Source: Trichinella spiralis (Eukaryota). From it: a stretch of 64,000 bases of DNA. Positions 43,601 to 56,643 of this stretch are shown here, one piece after another. The position numbers and the translations under genes are program-made. Location: positions 1,021,204-1,085,203 of the forward strand of contig NW_003526944.1 of NCBI RefSeq assembly GCF_000181795.1, in the 5' to 3' direction. Below the pieces are notes generated by a model. That model made no database searches and was not told the DNA's origin. It saw nothing but the letters and a program-made list of their open reading frames with translations. The first letter of the stretch is position 1. Each line of letters opens with the position of its first letter.

Positions 43601-45005
43601 AAAATACAAGTATACAGAAGATGAGAGTACGGCAAGAATCAATAAAGCAGTGTAAGATAAGATGAATTTTTCCTTCTGCCCAAGGGCAGTTCAACTTTGT
43701 GCAGCATGATGCAAAAGTGATTAACGGTAAGCTTTTCAGCGTGCCATTATCAAAAACGTTAGTGTCCATTTCTGAGAATCAATTTAAAAAGTCACTTTAA
43801 AAAATACATCAGTCTAATGCATGAAATCTACTTTCAGAAATAAAAAAGATGAAAAATAAATCTCTGAATCCTTTTTCACTTCATAGCAAAACCACACACA
43901 GTCATCGCCATCTAGATAGAATACTAGAATTTTTATCAATAATAATTTCAGCAAGAATAGCGTTTTAAAAATATTTATATTGAAAAGATGTTCAGTTAAT
44001 GAATTTGAAGAGGAAACAAATAAAAACTAAAAACTCATTATTCGATAAATAAACTTGAAAATCATTTTGAAACGGTAAGTTCGGAGCACGATAGCATTGA
44101 AAGTACATATGAAAGTCGCATATCGATAGGCAATTTCATCAGATTTTCTGAATTTCAAAAAAAAACTATAAATAACCAGACGCTACCATCTAAATGTGCC
44201 TAATAGATGGCCAAAAAAATATTTTCAGTTAGTATTTCTATAATTAAACCTATTTTAAATTTCAATTAAAAAATAACCAAACGTATACTAAATGGTGGAA
44301 ACGAAAAATATTAATAATCACATTTCACTTTTGTATTTCAGTTAAGTCAAATATAATAATAACATTGAAATAATTCATAGGTTGAATTTCAATCACATAT
44401 ACCGATGAGAGATTAAATTTAGTCGTGCAGTCGTTATTAGTATTAAACATCTTCGAATCCCAATCCAATGAAGTCATGTAGAAATAAATCTTCAGCTCTG
44501 ATTCTCACCAAGGTTTTTCAAGTGAAAAAGATTCTATTAATATATGAGCTAGGTGCTGTATGTACATTTATCAGCAAACAAGAGAGTGATCGGTGTGATT
44601 TTGTAGCGCACAATGCTGAAATGAAGCGCTTTCGGAATTTGCATGCATTTCGTAAAAATTACATCAGGTAGAATTTCACTTTCACTTCTAGATCCCATCT
44701 CAGCGGCAAAATTGGACGATGAATCAAATTCAGACTGTATTAATCCGTGCGATGTGATCGCCGATTGGCCGGGCATTCCTTCGTCGTCTTTTTGCAACAA
44801 TCGCAAAACACTGCATCCCATGACATTACTGTCAAGAGAACAGTCGGCTGGCAAAGAGACGACGCCATCTTCGGGTGTGAGGAACAAAAGCAATTTGCTG
44901 ACAATGTTGATAGCCATTCTCTGCACCCAAGTGCTCAAAGAGGCGATGGCACAGCGTCTACTGTCGACGCCCACCGATGAAATACACTTGATTGGAGTCG
45001 GTTGA
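33565..45005 (+). CDS. nlf-1: NALCN/NCA channel auxiliary factor (NLF-1/FAM155/Mid1 family); exons 33565-34416, 41710-41863, 44692-45005
   Basis: In-phase splicing gives ...FSPVTTCKDCQ|IWYKRWLLV...WRRPPCPLWCHLVELACPH...DYAGLPSFRCT|D...CINPCDV and a hydrophobic C-terminus, the Cys-rich pattern of NLF-1/FAM155. Start codon uncertain. Confidence 0.85.
38767..39284. repeat. (CA)n(TA)n microsatellite plus ~250-bp duplication across N gap 39026-39035
   Basis: 38767-39025 is a noisier copy of 39036-39284. Confidence 0.85.
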
Positions 45006-46115
45006 TTACGTTCAAGTTAGTAGATTTAATTTTAAAGACTCATGCAGAAGAAAAACGAAATGTTAACAAAAAAGGAATAATAATAATTATTATTATTAAA
45101 AAATGGGGGAGCCCCGTGGTCCGTTGCCGAGCGGAAGATCGAGCTATTGCATGCAGATTTCACTTTGAAATTTGTCAAAGATGTCTCTCTGGTTCACTTT
45201 TTTTCACAGTTTTAAACAATTGTTACTATTTCAAAAGCTGAAAAACTGCCACATTTCGAACAAGGGATTATTGTTCGTCCAGTATTGTTCCAGTGCAGTC
45301 GACGCGCTGACTGGCGGATTGCTGGAAATTCGCTTTTCTTCTTTATGTTATTCAAAGTGAAAAAAACTAATAATCATAAGAAGAAAAATTAGAAGCATGT
45401 CGACGAATGTGCGACAATGTTTACGTCGACTGCCGTTCGAAAGTCCCATTTTCTTTTTATTGTTTTGTTCGTAGCCATTTGCTGTTTTTTACATTTGAAC
45501 GATTAAATTGAGAAAAAAACAAATTTGCGAACACTTCAACAATTACAGTATTCTCATCAAAAAGCGCGTTAAATATAATTGAAATTACACGTAAAACGCA
45601 CCTGAAGTGATAGCTTTCGCTATTCGACGGTAAAATGAATGAAAAGTGACGTTCAATACGAATGAATGTAAAAAATCACAACAACAAACAATGCCAACAG
45701 AGCAGTGAAAAATTGAATTTGAACTATCAAAAATAATATAATCATGTACAATCTTTTGAACATTACTGTAATTCTGGTTGAATATTCTAATTCCATTAAA
45801 TTGAATAAATAATTTTTATTTCTAACATATTTGTATATAAAAAATAATATACATTTTTATATATTATACTTTTTAAGAATTAAAATTTACACAATACTTA
45901 CAGAATTACTTTTTTTGATTTTCATGTAATACTTTGTTGATTTTGCAGTCAACTGAAATTATCAAAACATTTTATTAATTATCACAAATTACAAAAATTG
46001 ATAAATTGAATTTTTATGAATAAATATTATTTGAAAATTTTGAATATTATATTGACGAATAATGTTTTAAAACGACACAAATTGAAACGATGCGCTTGAT
46101 ATATTTTATTGTAGA

Positions 46116-48554
46116 TCAATCTTCGTCTAGCATTATTTGATAAATGAAATTGGTAAACGCGGCTACCTGAGAATAGACGCCCGGATAACGCGGCATTGCA
46201 CACTGAAAACCCCATGAAACAATACCTTGCAAAATCCATCTTTTGTGATCTTCAGAACACACCAAAGGACCTCCGGAATCGCCCTGAACAATTGTTGAAC
46301 TATTCGTAAGCATTATTCTTTTTCAAAAATCGAGTATGCATTTACTTGACACGAATCTCTTCCGCCTTCCAAATAGCCAGCGCAGATTTCTTCCGCTGTA
46401 ATTGATTTATTGTAATATTGTTCAGCATTGCAAATTTCACGCTTTATAACGGGCAACACTGCCTGATGCAGAACACCAGCGCGTCCAGTTCCTAAAAAAA
46501 TATGCAAAGCAAACATGCAGCGTCGAAGTGAATCAAATCAAAATCAATTTACCTAACGTTTTCCCCCATCCAACGGCTACGCAGGGTGTTTCTGGCAACA
46601 GTTTTTCATTACTATCAGGCAGACAAGCGACATTTATATTATTTACAAAAGGAGTCGGTACGTCTTGTTCCAACTTCAGCAGAGCAATATCATGCAACAC
46701 TGGATTAAAACTATGCTCAGGAATGTAGTAGACGTTTGAAACGTCCATTACCACGCCAGTATTGCTCGCCAAGTCATGAGCACCGAGTCGTACAACAAGA
46801 TCTTCTGGATTTGCGCTAAAGCGAAAAAAAACGACAACAATACTTACAGTATCAAAATGTAATTAATTCTTCAAACCCAATGACACAATGCTTTGCTGTC
46901 AGCAACCATCTTGTAGATATTAATGTAGCTCCGCAGAAATGCTTATTTGAAAACTTTGCCTGAAGACTGGCAATCCAAGGCCAACTTCCCGGTCTCGCCT
47001 GAGTACCGTTCACAATGCGCAAATATGCCATTTTTGGCTTATTTTCTACTGTTGGCGGTATATTCTGCACACCACATTGTGCTTTAGCTGAAACATTATC
47101 ACACACTTTCACGGACTATTTGAAAATAAAAACTGTAACGTAAAATTTCTTTTTTTCGAATGTCGTTTTACAGTATAGAACATTATTAGATCTGAAATAA
47201 ATTAACCCTACGATAAGCGAAACAAACATCATTCAATTATATCATGATATATAAAGTTAGTTTAAAATTTTCAAAAAATCTTAATTAATTAATTAATTGA
47301 TGCTCAAGTTCAATTTTGGTATACTGCAATAATGAAATTAAAATTTTAACTTTAATCCTTTGAAAATTAGTTAGTTGAACAATTGTAAAAGTTTTAAAAA
47401 TTGTGAATTACTCACTCCTGCAAAGTGATAATTTTTCATCGCTGGCATCTTCACAGTCCACTTGTTCGTCGCATATTTGTGATTTTTCGATACACTTTCC
47501 ACCATTTGGACATTTGATCTGATTTGCATAGCAAAACTCTGCCCAAATAGTCCAGTTGAATAAATACAATGTGTACAAAGTGAAATGTCGACTTACGTTC
47601 ATCAGTGATCAAATTGATTTCAATGGAAACTGCTTCACCTTCGGTGTTGAACGATTCAACAAATTCAACGTTCAAAACTTTTCCATCAAACTGTTCAACA
47701 TGAGTTGATGGAGTTCGACCGGAAATTTGACGCTGCGTACCAATTTCGTTTTGAATTTTAATAAATTGACCAACAGGTAGGGTGTTGAACTGTGGGAATC
47801 GCACTTGGAAGAAGCAATTATTTTGGTATAATTCATTGTAAATTGTCCAATTGCAATGTAACTGTGGTGGAAATTTATCTGGCCAATTCGGTGTTCTCAG
47901 CGTCAGTGATGATGAGAGATTTTCCAAGTGGAACGTTTCCGTACACTGTGAATTGTCGAAAATTGGTTCCACTGGTGCACAGCTAAGTCTGAGGGAAAAA
48001 GCTTGCGGTCGTTGACCATAAACGTTGCTATACCAAAGTGTGAAATTGAACGGTACTTCTTCGCCAATTATCAAATCCACAAAAGGCACCGGCTTGCAGC
48101 TGGTCACGAGATGCATATTGGAACGAGTCTTCAAGCGAAATACATCTACACAATATTGTGAAAATTCTGAAAAAGAAGAAGAAGTGAACAAACTGTCCAC
48201 GTGAAGCTGTACTATTTTAGATTTGGAATGCACATTCCAAGTACAGTTGGGGCTTGTCATCGTTTGATAATAATTTGGTGACATGATCTGCACCACTTGT
48301 CCAAGTTCTAATTCAATATTTCCTCCACAACTGCTGTAAATGGTATTCAAATCGAATTGCTTTCCACAAATGATGCTTGCTAATAACAATTGCTAAAAGT
48401 GGAAAAATTGATATATTTAATTTCAGGAAAAACAATATGAAAATTATTACAATAATTAATTTACTGAAAAGCATTGTTGTTGTTGTTGATTTCAGCGCGT
48501 TGTTCAACTGTTTTCCCAAAATTTGATTGTACCGTATAAGAGATTTATTACCAT
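46116..48554 (-). CDS. Mosaic trypsin-like serine protease, CUB-CUB-LDLa-S1A; 5' end uncertain
   Basis: CUB motifs CGG...SPNY...CTW and TPNWP..P...CNWTI; LDLa C...[10 protein letters not shown]...[13 protein letters not shown]; activation site R-IVNG; triad [20 protein letters not shown]1 Asp in DSCQG. Confidence 0.9.
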
Positions 48555-48848
48555 TTTACATTTTGTTTACTTTGCTAAATCTTGGCACTGCTTTGAGTCA
48601 CTGAAATGATAAGCAAATCAGGGCACAAATGATAACAAACAAAACAATCAATGATAATGATTCGTTTGGAAAAGTAGAGCAGAAAAATTAAAATTGTAAT
48701 TAAAAAAATGGAAATATAATATTTTTAAAAAAGAAAAATGAACAATTTATTGTTCAAAATTGTTTATTGCTTGATAAAAATGTCCATCTCGAAGTTGTGG
48801 ATCAACCAACCAATCGACGAAGTGCATTTCCAAAATTGAAAAGCAAAA

Positions 48849-49924
48849 TTACGAACAACTGTCAGAAAAAAGTATGAACATCTCGCATAATGGTTCTGCC
48901 AGATCGTTGAGCACATGATCAATAAAAGGCTCTACTTCGGGTGTGACAGACCAGCCAACGCACGAGGAAAGCTGCTCGTTGAATTTGCTGAATTTCAAAG
49001 CACCACAAGCAAGCTGACTCAACGACATTCGATTAAAATGGACATTTTCTTGGCAAGGGCTCTCAACGCTGAAAAAATGGACGAAAGACAAAACATCCGT
49101 AATAATCCCCACAAAATATACTCATTTATAATAATAATAATAATAATAGAGAAGACAATTTACCTGGAAAAACATTCATATTTCATTTTGCATATGGACT
49201 GTTGAATTTTTTGCCTTTCTTCTTCGTCACTTTTTTCCAACATTTCAATACAGTCAACCGCCGCTCGACGTTGCTCTTCCGTACACAACGATTCATCCTC
49301 CAACGCTGTATTGATATGAATAATTTCGGATCTAAAATTTAGAGCAAAAAAAAAACAAAAAACAATTTCAAATTCAAATTTTCCATTTCTACACCAAACA
49401 ATTGATTCAAATCAATAATTTTACATTCGTGCATTTGTTATTGGATTACGGTCAGTGAGTTGAATCTTTTTTACAGTATCATAATTCAAACCGATAATGC
49501 CCATATTTTTGGTCACGTAATCCAAAGCTGCGCTGACCATTTGGTGACTAGTTTCAATGAAACAATTTAACACGTGCGTAAAATTCTCCGCATCCGGACC
49601 TGATATGCTCACCAAATGTGTATTGATTGACAAATCAGGATGTCTACATCCAGAGCTGAAGTGAAAAATTATAAATAAATTGAAATGATCATCAAAGTTA
49701 ATTAAATCTTGCCTTGTTAAACAGTTCAACGCTTTTTCTGTATTGTTGTCCGTTTTGGTCAAGCTGACCAAAAGTGGATCCAATTCGGCCAAATAGCAAC
49801 GAAAATACGAAGCTGTAGAATTGTGACAATTGCCATCGTTGACTAATAAATTTTGAGAAGACGAAATAATTTCAAAAGTGAAAAAAAAGAAATACACAAA
49901 GTAGAATTTCCACCGTTGGAACAT
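48849..49924 (-). CDS. Cys-rich, putatively secreted protein of unknown family (multi-exon)
   Basis: Hydrophobic N-terminus MFQRWKFYFVYFFFFTFEIISSS; open exons at ~49425-49924, ~49165-49330 and 48849-49070 with spaced Cys residues. Confidence 0.65.
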
Positions 49925-52814
49925 TTCACAAAAATTGCTAACACTGGATAAAAATTTTTTGTCAATCGATACAACTGAATCTCAATTTGACCTGAATAAA
50001 AAAAGGGTAAAGGAAATTTTGAAATTTCAAATCCACAGAGAGAATAACGTAGTGAACAGAAAAAAATAAAATATAAAATATAATTCGTACTTCCGTCATA
50101 ATATCAAATTCATTTTTCCTTTTTTATTCACTTAAAATGTGACCTTCAAAAAATGATGCGCACTTTTTCAAGGTAAACAATTCATACAAAATAGATTATA
50201 CCTTTTGTAGAGTAATTGGTTTGAATTACTGTAACGTTTACAACATTACAGTTTACAAAAGAGTGAAAAATTGTTTTGAAATTTTCAAAAAGTATTTGAA
50301 TAATTTGTTGAATTGCTTTTAAAATCACTTCCAATCGACTTTTATTATGCTTATTTGACAATGCTTGTTTTCAAGCTTCATTGTCAAATTTATTGGCGAA
50401 GATCATTTTATGAAAAAAAGAAGTTTTTTTTTCTTTTTTTCATCATCATTATTGTTCACACATTGACGTTCTTCTAAATGGATAAATGGAATAAAAATTA
50501 GTCACCAATGTTGTTGAGCATTGAAGCAAATAAAATGGCATCGGAAAAACCAAGTATTCATTCATTCATTTGAAGCATTTCTCATTGCTCGATCATATTT
50601 TTTGCTTGTTCGAGTGCAAGTATTGTGCCATTAACATTGATTTGATGAAAAAATTGGAATTTTTTTTCTTATTTTCAAGCATTGATGCGTCTGTGATCAA
50701 TTAGCGAGAGAAAATAGTATATTTCAGTTTGAATATATTGGGTTGCATAGAAAAGGGGGATTATTACGATTGTTCATTTTTGTTTCGTTAATTTGTTTTG
50801 TTTTTTTTTGTTATCCTATCAAATATGCTACTACAAACGCGAAAAGCCGTGTTTGCGTTTCGCTTTCATCGATCAAAGCCGCCTATATAACAAAAGTCAC
50901 CGGCTCAGTGTTTCAAATAAGAACTGATCAATTAAAGTCAACTCATTGCTAACATTCCTGCTGCTTGAAGGAGCGGCAATGTTTAAAAATTTGAAGAATT
51001 TCCATTTTACTAATATATTTCTCAACTAATGTTCACACACACACAAAGAGAGAGAGAGAGAGAGAAAATTGGGTAGGTATGATGAAAGGAAGAGGTTGAA
51101 GAAGAAGTAAAAGTAGTACTAGTAATAGTAGAATAATAAGAAGAAGAAGAAGGGTGCCGCATAATCATTAGCTATAATCTGTCATTAATCTTTGTTCTCG
51201 AAGCTCAATTGAACAAACACATCCCATCACACGGACAAATAAATGATCGCTTTTTTCTCTCTCTCTGCATTTTCCAATTCTTGCTCACTGCTTCTTATCG
51301 ACGACAATTCTCAAGCAACAGTTCCTCCATTTCATTAAAGCTTATTATTATAATTCCATTTCTCTCCTATTCCAATGGCAGACATGGATGCACATGGTAT
51401 ATATTTATATTCTACCTCTTCTAAACATCATTTTGTTCAATTTAAACCAAACTCAACAATTTCAAGTATGAATTTTATCAAACTTCTTCCCAGGCCGTAT
51501 TGAAATATTTGAAATGCTCAAAATCCATTCTTCGCTTACGCCCCGACATATCAAGCGTGTGATATCGTTTTATACAATCGATCGCGAAATCTTTGATTGA
51601 TTTATTTTAATATTGAAATCTTGTGAAAAGTTTCAATTATTTGTTCCATTTTTTTTATTTTAAAATTATTTTCTCAACAACTGCTGAAGTTTGTCGTTTT
51701 CGAAAAATTTTCCGCTCAACAATATGCAAATCATCATTTATCACAAAGCAGTGTTTGTTTTCTTCTTCGAGCAAAATTATTTGCGTCGTGTTTGCAATTT
51801 CGAACAGCACATGTTGCATTCTTTCAAATTTTGCTGACAATCGTCATTCCATCAACAAATCTGCTCATTTACATACATAACTGATTGATTCATTTTTCAA
51901 ATATGCAAATTTAAAACATCTTTTACCATAGTTGAACAAATATCACATGAATATACATAAAAATATAAATGGATAGAGCATTATGAGCAAAGTGATGACG
52001 TCGTATAAGGACGGATTAAAAAAAATAATAATCGTTCGAAAAAGCTTCTGATTATGCGAAAGACGAAAAAAAACAGCTCAACTGGATACAAGCTGAAAAA
52101 AAAGCCAATTTCTGAGAATGCAATTGGTTTTTGTCGTACGAAAATTGCATCGATGCAATGTCAGATGTAGAGATGTATGTATGTAAAAATTTATATATGC
52201 AATTGAATAACTTGTTGAACAATAATGAACAGGGCGGCAAAGAAGAATGAAAAGAGGTGGAGGAGGCGATTTGAAGAAAATGACGTTTTGATTTCATTGT
52301 GGCAAAAGTGATAACGCGCCTGCCGGCGACTAATAACTAATTCTTTCTTACGTTTGGCGCATCCAACATCACCCACCACCACTCACTCACTCACTCACTG
52401 ATAATAAATAATCATCATCATCAGCATTTCAGCTTTCAATCGTGCAATTTTTGCTTTTTGCTTTTCAAACATGCAATCAAATGATTGTGCAAAGCAAATG
52501 CTCGATTGAGTTTTATAATTGCATGCGTATTACTATTATTATTGAATAATAAAATTAATTAATTTTGTTTATTTATTTGTTAAACGTGTGAAATGTTGTT
52601 ACCAAAACGATTCAGCATCAGATTTGCGCATCAGTTTTAGTTTAGCTTTGGAAAATGAGTCCAGGAGTGGGGGGGGGGTGGGAAATCGATCCGTGGCCGT
52701 TTGCCAGCCAGGCGTATTTCAAACAAAACAGCTTCTTCAGTCCATTCCAATCAACTGAATCGTTCCTTTTGCACGCCACAAATTAGTTAAGAAGCAACCC
52801 AAAGACAATACGCC

Positions 52815-52853
<39 letters not shown>

Positions 52854-53003
52854 CCCTCTCTCTATCTCTCTTTGTGTGTGTGCTTCATTTTATAATAAAT
52901 CGCTTCTTGAAAATCTTTTCAACACACAGCCAACCTGCTCACTACATACAAACAAGCCTGTTGAATACAGTTGATTGACCACAAGCACGTTTCAGGAGAT
53001 TCT

Positions 53004-54280
53004 ATGCGCTTCGATGGAACCACCGGTCTACGTATCTCCTTGGTAGCTTTGTTCAGAGTGTTGTGCTTCAACGCCGGTACCGCGGCACCAATCAGAGAAT
53101 CCATGACTTGGACGTCGAAATCGTATCCAGATCTGACCAGTAAAAGTAGCCAATGCGGCGAGCACATTCCCAGACATACGTTCCTATGCGATCCGGATCA
53201 TTTGCTCACCAAGGAGGACGGTAAGTGTTCATTTGAAATCAATCAATTCATCAAATTATAACGACTATTAAAACAGAACGTAAAATTGTTGTCACACTTG
53301 GACAGTGGAAAATAATTTTTCTCACTACACAGGATTTGAGATGGAAATTTTGAAAGCAAATTATAATAATAAAAAGTTTGCAACTTACCAACAAATGGAA
53401 AGAAAATTGTGTTCTCAGTTATCATGATTTTCTATAATGACCAACATCGGTTGTTTTCAATTTTTTGTGGATTTTTCCTTTTTCAGCACAGAATATCAAC
53501 AGGCGATTGTATGAACTGGCGGTCAGTACGCCTTGCCAATGTCAACGACGTAGCCAGTGTGTGACCATTGGTCCGAATGGGAATCAACTTTACGTTGGTT
53601 TTGTTACCGCGGTCGCGATGGTTCGCAAAATAGCACTTTCCTCAAACGATCCAATCGACAGGCACGATCAACAACCACCAATAATAAATAAATAAATAAT
53701 AATAAATTTCAGTCAAATTTCAACAGTCGCCGAACGGTTCGCTCGTGCTGTACGAAACCGATGGGCTCTCGGGGATTGTGACAATTCGGCTTTGATCTTA
53801 ATTTGGGAAAGTCAAAGCATTGTAATCCTTTTTTTTTAGTTTTTTTTTCCAACCACAACCAACGTCCCCCGATTCGATCGATTTACAATATGCAAATTTC
53901 AGCTTCACATTTCGCCGGACAGGATTACGAAGCTTTACGTGACAGAAAGAGAAATTGAACAAATTCAAGCGCATTTGGGCGATTTGATACGCCGACGTGC
54001 TTATCGCAAAGCGTTGGAATTGATCCTGGATACGCTGAGGATGGAATACAGCGGTGCACCGGAAGAGCACGTCGACACAGGCACGTTATCATTGATTGTT
54101 TCCATAGCTGTGGCCGCCATTTTAGTCATCATCATCACAGGTTAATAATAATAGTATAAAATTAGTAACAAACAAATAAATAAATAAACATTTTTACAAC
54201 AGGTTGCGTTTGCGCGTTTCGTTGTTGCGGCAATTTGCGGCCGCATCTAGATCAACATTCTCGAGAAGCTTTACAAAGTC

Positions 54281-54314
<34 letters not shown>

Positions 54315-54495
54315 GCCAACTGAAACGCTCAAGCGACATTTGCAAGCAAGAGGATTTGCTTTCAACCAGTCGCCAATAATAAACAGGTCTCCAAAACCGT
54401 TGCAATCCGTCGACGGTCGTTTTCTGCCATCGGCCAGGGCAAGTCCGAATTTTGTCACCAAATTTTATCCACCAATGGATCACAGCATTGTCTGA
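53004..54495 (+). CDS. MOLO-1-like TPM-domain single-pass membrane protein; 5 exons
   Basis: Signal peptide; WT..SYPD...CG...FLCDPDHLL; AERFARAVRNRWALGDCDN; TM segment LSLIVSIAVAAILVIIITGC; polyQ tail ending HSIV*. tttcag lies 8 nt before the ATG. Confidence 0.78.
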
Positions 54496-54907
54496 AGCAG
54501 CTTTTGGAAATTTCACAATTTATGTTGTTGTCGTTGTTGTTCTTCTCGTTGCTGTTGTTATTGCTGCTACTGCAGCAGTATTTTCTCATCTTTCCATTCG
54601 ACTGACTGTCTATGAATTAACCAAACGACCGAAAAATTTTCCATTCACGTCACTTTTTTTTCTCTCCAAACCCCAAGAACATTCATTTTTTTTCTTTCAT
54701 CTTTTTTTTAAACTTCAACTCTACCTGCTCATCATTTTTTTCTTCTGTAATTGACTGACAATGACGAATAAAATGACCAATCACTTTGCGCACCAAACCA
54801 AACACAGTTTTTGTTCGACTTTTCTCGTCTCTGAAAATAATATAAAATTATTTTAAAACAACAACAAAAAAATAAATCAATTTCAATTTTATTCATTCAT
54901 GTTCGAC

Positions 54908-55405
54908 TTATTCGCGAACATCGTAATTTTGCATGGATTTGGACAATAAAAACCAACGATCAAAAGCGCCAATGTCAACTATACGATCTTGCCATTTTGT
55001 CCACTTGTCCAGCGAATTCTGAACCGAATAGAGATCACATCCGTCCAGAGATTCTTTTTCCAACAATACGGTGAAAAAGATGCAGTTGACCGCATGGATT
55101 GCTTGTTGATTGAACAAAATGGACAATTTATCGACATGGGCTTGCGATCGTTCGTTTCGCATCAAATCCGCAAGCTGCAACAGTTGAAGCCGACACTGCG
55201 TCACCGTTGACAAAAAATCTTGGTAAGTCGGATTGCACGCATAAGCTGTGTAAAAAAAGCACAAACTTATGCCACCGAGAACAAATTTCCAAGGCTTTTC
55301 TTCAAGTTCAACAATTACATCTTTCGCCACTGCCTTGTAATCGGTTAAAACGGTAGTGAGATAAGTTTTCAACTGTGACCAACCCAATCGAATTAGCTTC
55401 GACAT
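54908..55405 (-). CDS. TIMM29: Mitochondrial TIM22-complex subunit Tim29, intronless CDS
   Basis: DYKAVAKD..KP, RNERSQAHV, N..FFT, LY, RIVDIGAFDRWFLL...M.NYDV match the Tim29/C19orf52 pattern. Confidence 0.85.
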   Translation of the reverse strand: MSKLIRLGWSQLKTYLTTVLTDYKAVAKDVIVELEEKPWKFVLGGISLCFFYTAYACNPTYQDFLSTVTQCRLQLLQLADLMRNERSQAHVDKLSILFNQQAIHAVNCIFFTVLLEKESLDGCDLYSVQNSLDKWTKWQDRIVDIGAFDRWFLLSKSMQNYDVRE

Positions 55406-55415
55406 TTTTCAAGTT

Positions 55416-55555
55416 CTGTTTCAAAAAGGAAAATTAATATTTCAAAAGCATTGAATACAGAAAAAAATAGAGAACAATAAATAGATCAATTTTCAAAAGT
55501 ATCACAATTTTCCAATTTATCAAAGAAACACACTGTTTATTTGATTTATTTCTTC
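55416..55555 (-). promoter_or_regulatory. Putative operon intercistronic region (poly(A) signals, Ur-like TACTTT, trans-splice acceptor)
   Basis: Two AATAAA just after the MPDU1 stop; TACTTT at 55501-55496; U-rich tract ending gaaacag 10 nt before the TIMM29 ATG. Confidence 0.55.
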
Positions 55556-55574
55556 ACACTTTTCTAATAATGGA

Positions 55575-56643
55575 TTATTCCGTTTTCAATGAACGCTTAT
55601 TGCCCCAATACAACTGTATCTGTAGACAGATGAATAAATTCATCAAAGTTGACATCATGTACTGTGCAATAATCATATTGTCGCCGGTTTCTTTAATTGA
55701 AGTAAAAATTCGAGCCAAACTACCCAAAAACAATAATATATAAGTCACTGCTGACAGCTGTCCGGTACTTTTATGAATATAATTGTCGAAAGCTTGAGTT
55801 GCCTAAAAAATATACAACTATGTTGTACCACAACTGACAATCACATATATATAGTTCATGCATAAAAACGTAAATAATATTCACTTACTCTGGCTATAAA
55901 CATTATAACAATCGTCATCATTTGCACTGAATCCAACACGTTTTCCCAAACAGAGCCATTATAAACGTGATAACAACAAAATCCATAGAGGGAAGATACT
56001 ACAGTCAATGCAATGAAACGTTTATAATAATATAATACCAAAAAAATAATTATAAACGTCTGCAGAGACAGAAAAAGTGATTCGCCCCAAGCACTAAAAT
56101 AAATCGATTATACCAAATTAAAAAAGATTACAACATGATTGATGACTACCTGAAATGATAATTTTTATTAATACTATAAGCTACGGCAGCCGTATAGCAC
56201 AGCAATTCCAAAAGTTGACTGAAAACTGACACACCTGCTCCAGATCGAGCAAAAACTATATTCAAAATTTGAGGTACTTTCACTAAATCAATAACAAAAA
56301 AAATTAAACGTGAAAATATTAAATAACATTAATCATGAATTAAATTCAAATTAATTGCTCAGCTGTTGTGAACGATTCACAAAACATAGCATAAATAAAT
56401 TAACCGCTTCCCCATATTAAATGAATATCTTACCCAAAGAAGCCCCTGCAACAATTCCAACTCCTAAAAGTCGGCTGCAAACCAGAGACACGCATTCGGC
56501 TAAATTGAATCAAAATTTGACATCAAAGTTGTTTCAAAGCAGTACAACTTACAATTGAAAATATTGAAGTTCAAAATCAATTCTTCAAAGCAATCTTTTG
56601 GAAAGAGAAAAATGATTATGCTATGAAAAAATTCTACCAACAT
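55575..56643 (-). CDS. MPDU1: Mannose-P-dolichol utilization defect 1 (PQ-loop protein); multi-exon
   Basis: CFEEL..NF, SRLLGVGIVAGASL|VKVPQI...SGAGVS, FSAWGESLFL.LQT, KSTGQLSAVT..LFLGSLARIFTSIKETGD, QLYW. Confidence 0.92.

Noticed and set aside
44549..44974. 141-aa minus-strand ORF
   Set aside because: Antisense shadow of the last nlf-1 exon.
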